From NCBI GenBank assembly GCA_044238735.1, contig JBIICS010000001.1:5271-69270 (forward strand): DNA of 64,000 nt, read 5' to 3'. Shown here piece after piece: positions 8,967-16,953 of the stretch. Below the pieces are notes generated by a model, which had not been told where the DNA came from, did no database searches, and saw nothing but the letters and a program-made list of their open reading frames with translations. This stretch comes from Bacteroidia bacterium (GTDB lineage: Bacteria; Bacteroidota; Bacteroidia; UBA4408). Every line of letters starts with the position of its first letter. Position 1 is the stretch's first letter. The translations under genes and the position numbers were made by a program.

Positions 8967-10343
8967 TTAATCAATATTTGACACCAGATACTTGTGATAA
9001 TCACATTTTAAATTAGGGATAATTTCAGAACTCTTTATTTTTGAGCCCATTGCTAATTTCTTAAAGTGCGCTAAAACCAATGCATTATCATTACCGGTAA
9101 AAACTTTGTTTTTGTTAATATTTAAATAACGTTCGGTTCTACCGATCAAGTTTAAGGCAAAATCTTCATCGCGTTTTTTTAACCAATATAAAATCTCTAA
9201 TAACCGAGACCAGATGTTTATATAAAAATTGTCGCCAGATGTTAAATTGTTAAGATTCTGCTTAAGTGTTTTATAATCTTCTTCCGTATAAGCAACCAGC
9301 GATCTTATCAGAATCAGCATTTCATTATTATCATTTTTAAAGTACTTCAGCTTACTTCCGTTAATTAATTTATTCACCTGGTCGGACTTGCCTTGAAGTA
9401 CCAATAAAAACAAATAATAAAATAAGGTGGCATCATCATAATATTTATATGATTCATTGTGTTCCAGGGTTTTTTTAACCGTGGCAGTTAATGGTGCTAT
9501 GGGCCATCCAAAATGAAAGCCTGCACTAATCTTAGTAAACAGAACCCTTCTCGTCCACTTTTGCTTTTCGTCGCTTTTGCTTAAAACAGATGAAACCCTT
9601 CGTTCGCAATTCTCTATATGTTGTTTAAAGAACTCTTCATCACTAAAATGAAGGCGTGCAAGAGAAAGCTCATAAACAATACTGTAAATGGAGTCCTTTG
9701 TTTCTTCTATTAGGTCTTGAAAGTTTTCTAAGGAAGGGAGAATGGCGTTCTCTATAAAAGAAGAATCATCAATATACATATTACTAACTATGTTATAATA
9801 TTCGGATTGATTACGATGATACAACTCCCTGATAAAATTTACTTTTTGCTCTGCCAGTTTTTTAATTTGTTGTGTTGCTTTATCAGTTTGCACTTTTGCA
9901 AAGCTGGTTATAAAATTATCTAAGCAAATACTTTGTGAGATTATATCATCCCTTTTCTTACTCTCTGCAAATGCTTTGTCGAGATAATAATCTAGAAGAT
10001 ATCCGTTGCTCGATCCCAAAAACTCCTGAACCAGAATCATGTTTTTAGGAAGTTCATCCAATTGCAATCGCTTATTCACTTTTACATACTCTATTTCTTT
10101 GCAAGCAAAATCTATGAATCTGCGTATCGATTTATCTAAAGTTGGGCTTAATTTTCCGTTTTTAATAAAACAGTTCTCAATCTTGGTGTTTAATTTTTCA
10201 AAATCTTCGTAAGGCCTTTTGGAAAGAACATCATGGAGATATCGATGTCTCTTATCGTTACTTTGCTTACAAATATTAATGATGGTTTTTCCTTCAGAAG
10301 CATCTAGCGTTTCAATTAAATGATATAATCTCTTGCCTTTCAT
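8967..10343 (-). CDS. Hypothetical 458-aa all-helical cytoplasmic protein, the last gene of the adhesin locus.
   Basis: A long ORF lacking a signal peptide. It lies 75 bp downstream of the SprB-repeat gene on the same strand. No motif was recognised. Confidence 0.55.
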   Translation of the reverse strand: MKGKRLYHLIETLDASEGKTIINICKQSNDKRHRYLHDVLSKRPYEDFEKLNTKIENCFIKNGKLSPTLDKSIRRFIDFACKEIEYVKVNKRLQLDELPKNMILVQEFLGSSNGYLLDYYLDKAFAESKKRDDIISQSICLDNFITSFAKVQTDKATQQIKKLAEQKVNFIRELYHRNQSEYYNIVSNMYIDDSSFIENAILPSLENFQDLIEETKDSIYSIVYELSLARLHFSDEEFFKQHIENCERRVSSVLSKSDEKQKWTRRVLFTKISAGFHFGWPIAPLTATVKKTLEHNESYKYYDDATLFYYLFLLVLQGKSDQVNKLINGSKLKYFKNDNNEMLILIRSLVAYTEEDYKTLKQNLNNLTSGDNFYINIWSRLLEILYWLKKRDEDFALNLIGRTERYLNINKNKVFTGNDNALVLAHFKKLAMGSKIKSSEIIPNLKCDYHKYLVSNID

Positions 10344-10418
10344 AGTAATTATTTTTACGTTAATAGAATACCACTCTAAATATAAATTTAGATAATAATT
10401 TCTTGTTTATTATTTTAA

Positions 10419-12815
10419 CTACCTCTTTAGTGTAATATATCCCGAAAATTCTTTTGCTACACCGTTAATGGTGGTGGCGGTTAACAGGTAATAGTATGTT
10501 CCGTCTGGGGCAGTGCCACCAGACTGTGTTTTGCCATCCCAAACACCGTTTACACCATTAAACTCGAAAATTTTAAGTCCCCAACGATTAAATATTACAC
10601 AATTCAAATCTTTATATCCACTTTGTGTTATTTTAAATTCATTATTATCTGTGTCTCCATTTGGAGTATATATATTCGGTATAAATAGCTGTGATATTAT
10701 TATCTTAATGGTATCGCTGGCAACACAGCCAAAAGCATCAACAGCAGTTACCTCAACTATAAACTCTCCCCCTTGTGTGTAGGTATAACTATTTTGACCG
10801 TTTGTGGTTGAAGCCTGTGTTCCATTTCCATAATTCCACGAATACTGAACCGCTGTAGCACTTGTTGCTGTTAAATTTACTAATTGAGGAATGGTTTCGC
10901 TGTATAATGGATCGCCGGATAAACTAACCGATATATTTTGTTCGCCGATATTAACTACCGAATCGGCTTTACAATCGTTTACATCCTTTACTACTATGAA
11001 ATAAGATCCTGATCCTAAATTACCGAAAAGAGGGGTTGTAACGAAATTTGCACCATTATCAATACTGTATTGTATGGGTGTACTACCTCCTAAAACGTTA
11101 ATCTGTAAAGACCCATCTGTTTGATCGCAATGTTCTACATCTATATCTAAAGCACTTATAGTTGGTCCGGGAATATTGCTTAAAGTAACTGTAACGGTAT
11201 CTTTACAATTATTAACATCATTTACTATTACCTGATAAGAGCCGGATGCTAAGCTAATGTAATTAGTTGTACTATTTTGTGAAATTCCATTTAACTGGTA
11301 GGTATATGGAGATGTTCCACCGGTAGTATTAACGGAAATACTCCCATTTGTTTTATCACACTTTTCATCAACTTGCGTAGATACTGAAATAACCGGCGCC
11401 GGTATCTCGGTTACAGAAAACGATAATGAATCTACACAACCGTTAGCATCACTTACATATGCCCAGTAATTTTGAGCTGATTGATTAATAAAAACACTAT
11501 CGGGTTGAGGTGTACCTCCATTTAAAAAGAAACTATAAGGACTATTGCCTCCGGTTGCGTTTAATTCGAAGCTGGCGTTGTTTTGTCCACAAAACTCTGG
11601 TTTAATAATATTTACCGATGTTAAATCAGGACCATTAGCGTTAGTTAAGATAATAGAGGTGTCTGCCGAACACTGCCCTGAACTAACCGTAATGGTGTAT
11701 GTACCCGCCGTAAGGTTTACAAAAATACTGTCGGATTGAAGGGCCCCACCGTTAAGGGCGTATTGTAAAGTTCCTGCAGGCGTGGCATAAATAATCACGG
11801 ATCCACTTGAAGTACAACCGGGCTGAATAATTTTTAAACTATCGATAACGGGCCCCACGCCAATTTGATTTATGGTAAAGAATGTATCTTTTGCACAACC
11901 CGATGCAAATACCTGCAATGTATAATTTCCTGCTGCCAAGTTAATAAAAACTGAATCGGCTTGAGGAGCGCCGCCGTTGATAGAATAGGTAAAAGGACCG
12001 GTTCCGCTTGTAACGGTTACAATCGCTTTTCCTGTATCTTGTCCACACGAAGTACCGGTGGTTGTAATTGTTAAACCTATTGAAGCTCCTATGGGTTGAC
12101 ATATTCCATTACATGAGCCCTGGGTAGCATTTGAACCCAAACTCCATACTGAACCACCATCAACCGAACGTGAAACCGTTTTGCCTATAAACGCTGCGCC
12201 TACGGCAGAAGAAGAACAATCGCCTATATAAACAATACTGGTAATATCTTTAGCCATGCCTAATACAGCGGGAGTACATGGGCCCCCCGGAGAACAGAGA
12301 ACGTTATCAAATTCACCTCCTGTATTTATATTGTTTGCGTTTGTGGCCCAATAAATAGCATCTAATGGATTTCCGGTAGGATCGTAAAGGGCAATGTAAC
12401 CGTTACCATTGTTTAAGTGCCAGCGATTATTATAGCAGATGTTATTGGTTAAGCGCTCGTTAAAAAGGTTAACATCTACGTTTGGGCCTGCGCCAATTGT
12501 AATAAATCCGTGAGGCGGTATTTTAGTGCCAATAGGAAAAGAGTAGGCACCGTAATTAGTACCATCGGAAGTATTGGATCCTAATATAAAGCAACTTATG
12601 TCTGCCGAGTCGCACCCATTCTTATTATATAACTCTATCCATTCTTGTCCGGTGCCTGTGTTGTTTAACAATGACTGTATGTTGGCGTTAGTATTGTCAC
12701 CAGTTGGAACACCATAGTTAGTTCCCGGCATTACCATAACCTCGTTAATCACAACCTGCGATTGGGCTTTTAAACCTAAGGAAAGAGCAAAAAATGTGTA
12801 TAATAATTTTTTCAT
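10419..12815 (-). CDS. T9SS cargo adhesin with an N-terminal lamin-tail domain, an SprB-type repeat array, a PKD/Ig-like region and a type-B (gliding motility-associated, CHU_C) C-terminal domain.
   Basis: Signal peptide '..LKAQSQ'. The lamin-tail motif is 'VINEVMVMPG...EWIELYNKNGCDSADISCFIL'. It carries six or more repeats of the form 'C..NGS(I/L)...GG..PY.Y.(L/I)NG......F.NL..G.Y...V.D.N.C'. The C-terminus is 'IPNIYTPNGDTDNNEF...FNRWGLKIF...WDGK...PDGTYYY'. Confidence 0.85.
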   Translation of the reverse strand: MKKLLYTFFALSLGLKAQSQVVINEVMVMPGTNYGVPTGDNTNANIQSLLNNTGTGQEWIELYNKNGCDSADISCFILGSNTSDGTNYGAYSFPIGTKIPPHGFITIGAGPNVDVNLFNERLTNNICYNNRWHLNNGNGYIALYDPTGNPLDAIYWATNANNINTGGEFDNVLCSPGGPCTPAVLGMAKDITSIVYIGDCSSSAVGAAFIGKTVSRSVDGGSVWSLGSNATQGSCNGICQPIGASIGLTITTTGTSCGQDTGKAIVTVTSGTGPFTYSINGGAPQADSVFINLAAGNYTLQVFASGCAKDTFFTINQIGVGPVIDSLKIIQPGCTSSGSVIIYATPAGTLQYALNGGALQSDSIFVNLTAGTYTITVSSGQCSADTSIILTNANGPDLTSVNIIKPEFCGQNNASFELNATGGNSPYSFFLNGGTPQPDSVFINQSAQNYWAYVSDANGCVDSLSFSVTEIPAPVISVSTQVDEKCDKTNGSISVNTTGGTSPYTYQLNGISQNSTTNYISLASGSYQVIVNDVNNCKDTVTVTLSNIPGPTISALDIDVEHCDQTDGSLQINVLGGSTPIQYSIDNGANFVTTPLFGNLGSGSYFIVVKDVNDCKADSVVNIGEQNISVSLSGDPLYSETIPQLVNLTATSATAVQYSWNYGNGTQASTTNGQNSYTYTQGGEFIVEVTAVDAFGCVASDTIKIIISQLFIPNIYTPNGDTDNNEFKITQSGYKDLNCVIFNRWGLKIFEFNGVNGVWDGKTQSGGTAPDGTYYYLLTATTINGVAKEFSGYITLKR

Positions 12816-13227
12816 GATAAAAATAACTAGGGCAAAATTAGGGTAAATCTACCGTTTTAGAAATCAAATTGTCCTATTTTGTCACATCTATAAATCATGT
12901 TCCAAACCATAATTTTTTAAAAAAGTATAAACAGGCACTGCTAATGGAAGATGATTTTCTATTTATTGGTTCATTAAAACATAAGCCAATAATGGATATT
13001 AAAGAATATATATAATAATCCCGATTTAATAACTTAGTAAAGTTTCGTTACGCGTGATCGAAATAAAAAATAAAACGCCCTACTTGTTTCGGCTTATTTT
13101 TAATTACAAATACGGCACTTTCTAATTAAAATTTAATCTAATAATTGGAAGTAGCCTATTTTAACATTTTTGTCCCGACTAACTCCATTTTTAGAACTGG
13201 ATTAAACCGTAAGATTTAAGTTACAGA

Positions 13228-16200
13228 TTAATAATCGACACTATTTTTTAGCGCATGAAAATTATAAAGAATTTCGTTGCTGGATCCAACAACCTGAAAG
13301 AAATAAAGACCCGTTTTAAGATTATCCAGGCTAATTAGGGCATTGCCATCTATATTATATAGGGTTTTCACCAATCTTGAATCGGACGAGAATATGTTAA
13401 CGGTTAAATTGGACTCGTTTATATTTTTTAATTGAATAGAATTAGAGAACGGGTTGGGATAAAAGCCTGGTTTTAGTTGTTCCTTGCAATTAATGTAAAC
13501 CAGATCGCTATACGCCGATGTACCGTCGAAATCTACTTGTTTAATACGATAATAGGTAACGCCCAGACTGGAAATACCTAAATCGTTATACTTATAATTT
13601 AATGTACTGGAAGAATTTCCTGCCCCTTTAATCGTTCCAATAGCATCAAAGGTTTCTCCGTTAGTGCTTTTCTCAATAACAAAATAATCATTATTTAATT
13701 CTGATTCGGTAGACCAGGAAAGGCTGGTGCCTTTACTACTGCAGTTAGCACTTAAGTTTGAGAATTTTACGGGTAAAGGGGTAGTGCATGTTTGACAGCC
13801 AAACGGTGCTTCAATATAAAATGTGGAGGCTGCACCTCCGTTTCCGTCTATATACAGGTAATAGGTTTGACCAATTGTTAATCCTGACAGATTAAATTGA
13901 ACATTGCCTGAAATCCCGTTAACATAAGGGTCTGCTTGTGCTTCGAGGTAGGGGGAGAAGTTGGCATTGAATTCTGGGCATCCGCCGCTTGGTACGCTAT
14001 AGGTTCCAGAACTGCATCCGCCTGATCGGGAAAAAATGATGGGCTGCGTTTCTATTTGGTTAATACCGCTGTGAATGCCGCTTAGAGTAAGATAAGCTGT
14101 TGTTGCTGATGCAATAAAGGAGAACCAGGCGCTGTTATTGTTTGCTCCGTTCCAGGAACAGCCGGCCGTTGTGGTTCCGGGCCATGTTGAGGCATCTTCA
14201 CTGGCATACCCATTATTTGTACCTATGGTAACAAATCCATCTGAACCAATGCATGCAACGCCTGTACATTCATTATTGGCCGAACTAGTTGTTAAATCAT
14301 TTGTTTTTATTGTTGGCCCAAATATGAGTTCCACACTGCTGAAGCTGATGCCTGAACCCGAACCGTCGTCTTGCTCGCACATGGAAAATGTCCAATTTCC
14401 GTTTGGATTTTGATTGTTAAAGGTGCTTGCAAAGGAGTTGTCGGTTTCAACAGCGTAGTATCCTATAGAATAGGGGAACCAGGCTCCTGGAGAGCTGTAT
14501 TGATTTACTCTCTCCAAAGCCGGATGATCTCTGAATTTAATATTTGCATAGGTCGAGGTAGTTGAGGCACCGCCTAAATTGGAAATGAAATTGTATACAG
14601 TGCCTGTTGGGGAGGTTAAACTGAAGTCGTAGGTTGACAAATCTCTGAGACAGCTAGAGCTGCCAATATTTACATTTATCTGAATAAGCTGGTTGGTGCT
14701 TGTGTTAAGTAAACTCAAGCCTGAAACGGCAATCGTTCTGGTTAAACATTCTGAGGTTGTTGAAGCAGATCCCCAGCCACCACAAGCTACAGAAGTAGTG
14801 TTTGAAAAGATATTTTGCTGCAGAACAAAAAGTATTGCGCCACCACTTGTTACTGATCCACAGGAATTAGTTACAACACACCTGTATTGGTAACCATTAA
14901 AGGTGTTTGTGGGATTTGTAATTTGAAGGGTTGATGTTGTTGTTCCACTATAGAGTGCTGAATTAGAAATATTCGACCAACTGCTGCCTCCGTTTGTACT
15001 AACTTCCCATTGATAGCTCGCTCCGGTTAGAGGAACGGGCAAGACCCCAAAGGATGCGTTGCCAGATTGGTTGTAGACTGTGTCAGAAACTGGATTTCCT
15101 TCAATTTGGATACCTATCGCCATAGCGATTATATTCGAGCTTAATGCGCTGGCCCAAGATGATGTACAGTTTGCTTTAGCCAGTCTCCTGAACCAAGTTG
15201 TCTGACTTAATAATCCGGGATCATACGTTGCTGATGTGGCGCCAAGGATATCGGAATATCCGGTTCCAGAATTACTGGTGGACTGTTGCCATTTGTATTC
15301 GTAGGGGCAACTTGTTCCTGATGGTAGAGTTAAAGACGATATTGTTGTAGGGTCGAACGCTGCACAATTTGACTGAGCATTGCCTATTGTGCCACCATTG
15401 TTAACATTTATACAACTTACGGTCATCTCAATAACATTAGATTCAGCGGCCCCCGACCAATTGCTTTGGCAGTTTACGCGAGCCAGTCTTTTATACCATG
15501 TGGTTTGGCTGATTACACCGGGGTCATAGGTGGTACTGTTCGATGAACCAATGTCTGCAAATCCCGATGAAGAACTTGTTGTAGACTGCTGCCATTTGTA
15601 TTCCAGAGTGCCGTTTTGCCCGCTGGGAAGACTCACAGATGTAATGGTAGTTGGGTCGAATGATCCGCAGTTACTGCTTTGTGCGTTGCCGATAGATCCT
15701 GCACTGGTAGGGTTAAAACAGGGGGGGAGAATAGTTAAGCGAATTACAGGTCTGCTTGTAGATCTCGCAGAAACAGTTGTGAAACCACAACCAACACCTC
15801 CACCTGAACCTGTTCCTCCGTCGGATCGCTGATATTTTGTGCAGGTATACCCAGGGCTTGTTATATTCAATTCTCCTTGAGAAGTATTTGGATCTTGCCT
15901 TCCCCAACAAATCTGAATAATAATGTTTGAAGTTCCGTCCCAACTGAATAATGTGGAGAAATTGATGGTTCTCCATCCTGTTGAGGAGAAGGCACTTTCG
16001 GAAGTACTAGAGTATACAGTGGTTACCGCATCCATATCGCCTGCGGTAAAATCGGTTTGAGCGGTAGAGGCAATCCCAATGGCGAAGGAACTCAATGTGT
16101 TTGATGCGGATGAAATATTCAGGGAAATTTGGGAAAGACTTCCAGCACTTCCTCCTGCGGCAGTTATCTCACTGGCTCTGATTAAGTATTGAGTTTTAGC

Positions 16201-16368
16201 GCTTCGCCAGGTAGTTCTAATTCCAACGAAGGCATCATTTGTACTGGTAGTTCCCAATGTCCCAAGTGTGATTGTCGTCTGTCCCGCAACATCATTTAGA
16301 ACAAAAAAACACGCCAGCAACCAGATAAAAGGACTAATAAATTTGATATTGTAAATTTTGTATTTCAA
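13228..16368 (-). CDS. Giant secreted adhesin-like protein (1046 aa), Ser/Thr/Gly/Asn-rich, with Ig-like modules and a type-A T9SS C-terminal sorting domain.
   Basis: It has a signal peptide, an internal tandem duplication of ~100 aa and an Ig-like module ('YQWEVSTNGGSSW...YRCVVTN'). The C-terminal 'FYPNPFSNSIQLKN...GLYFFQV' is the Por_Secre_tail pattern. Confidence 0.8.
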   Translation of the reverse strand: MKYKIYNIKFISPFIWLLACFFVLNDVAGQTTITLGTLGTTSTNDAFVGIRTTWRSAKTQYLIRASEITAAGGSAGSLSQISLNISSASNTLSSFAIGIASTAQTDFTAGDMDAVTTVYSSTSESAFSSTGWRTINFSTLFSWDGTSNIIIQICWGRQDPNTSQGELNITSPGYTCTKYQRSDGGTGSGGGVGCGFTTVSARSTSRPVIRLTILPPCFNPTSAGSIGNAQSSNCGSFDPTTITSVSLPSGQNGTLEYKWQQSTTSSSSGFADIGSSNSTTYDPGVISQTTWYKRLARVNCQSNWSGAAESNVIEMTVSCINVNNGGTIGNAQSNCAAFDPTTISSLTLPSGTSCPYEYKWQQSTSNSGTGYSDILGATSATYDPGLLSQTTWFRRLAKANCTSSWASALSSNIIAMAIGIQIEGNPVSDTVYNQSGNASFGVLPVPLTGASYQWEVSTNGGSSWSNISNSALYSGTTTSTLQITNPTNTFNGYQYRCVVTNSCGSVTSGGAILFVLQQNIFSNTTSVACGGWGSASTTSECLTRTIAVSGLSLLNTSTNQLIQINVNIGSSSCLRDLSTYDFSLTSPTGTVYNFISNLGGASTTSTYANIKFRDHPALERVNQYSSPGAWFPYSIGYYAVETDNSFASTFNNQNPNGNWTFSMCEQDDGSGSGISFSSVELIFGPTIKTNDLTTSSANNECTGVACIGSDGFVTIGTNNGYASEDASTWPGTTTAGCSWNGANNNSAWFSFIASATTAYLTLSGIHSGINQIETQPIIFSRSGGCSSGTYSVPSGGCPEFNANFSPYLEAQADPYVNGISGNVQFNLSGLTIGQTYYLYIDGNGGAASTFYIEAPFGCQTCTTPLPVKFSNLSANCSSKGTSLSWSTESELNNDYFVIEKSTNGETFDAIGTIKGAGNSSSTLNYKYNDLGISSLGVTYYRIKQVDFDGTSAYSDLVYINCKEQLKPGFYPNPFSNSIQLKNINESNLTVNIFSSDSRLVKTLYNIDGNALISLDNLKTGLYFFQVVGSSNEILYNFHALKNSVDY

Positions 16369-16423
16369 GCTGTTTTTTGCTATATCACAAATTTGACGAT
16401 ACCATAATGAAAGAAAAAAGCAT

Positions 16424-16445
16424 AAATAGGGCGAATGCCCTATTT
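16424..16445. promoter_or_regulatory. Perfect 9-bp-stem hairpin AAATAGGGC-gaat-GCCCTATTT that contains a copy of the ATAAATAGGGC box, 56 bp upstream of the giant adhesin gene.
   Basis: The inverted repeat is visible directly in the sequence. It lies in the divergent promoter region between 16368 and 16954. Confidence 0.4.
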
Positions 16446-16953
16446 ATTTCTGAGAAAATTATTAGACCTTTGAGTGTTTAAAGGCCTCTCTGGTTGTTGT
16501 CTGCCTTAATTAAAGCGTGATTAAATTTTTGGTTCTACTATTAGTTAAAAAATGGCTTTTGGAAATACTTTGTGGTGTTTTTTTAGATTTACCTATCTAA
16601 CCTTTAAAATAGTATCCCCATTTATTACTAATTATAAATCCGATTTAAAACTAATGAAAAAAATATACTTTTGATTTATCTAAACCAATAAAAAATATTC
16701 AATTTATAATTTTGCAGTAAAGGTAAGTATTTACTAACTGTTTATACCTTTGTTTACCTTTTAAATACGTTCATATATCATACGAGATAATCTTTAATAT
16801 TTGACTATTAAATATGGCTATTTTAAATAAACATTTGATATTTTATAGACTATATGTGCTATAAATATAAATTAAAGAATAGGGCATATTTGCCCATATT
16901 AATTCGCTAAAAAAAAATAGGTCTGCTAAATTTGAATAAAAGCTATTAAACCA

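Noticed and set aside
14138-15976. Plus-strand and other-frame ORFs inside the giant adhesin gene (14138..14413, 14371..14565, 14693..14893, 15530..15832 and the minus-strand ORF 15713..15976).
   Set aside because: They are antisense or out-of-frame to a strongly supported 1046-aa minus-strand CDS and have Pro/Val/Gln-rich low-complexity translations. They are typical shadows of S/T/G/N-rich coding sequence.
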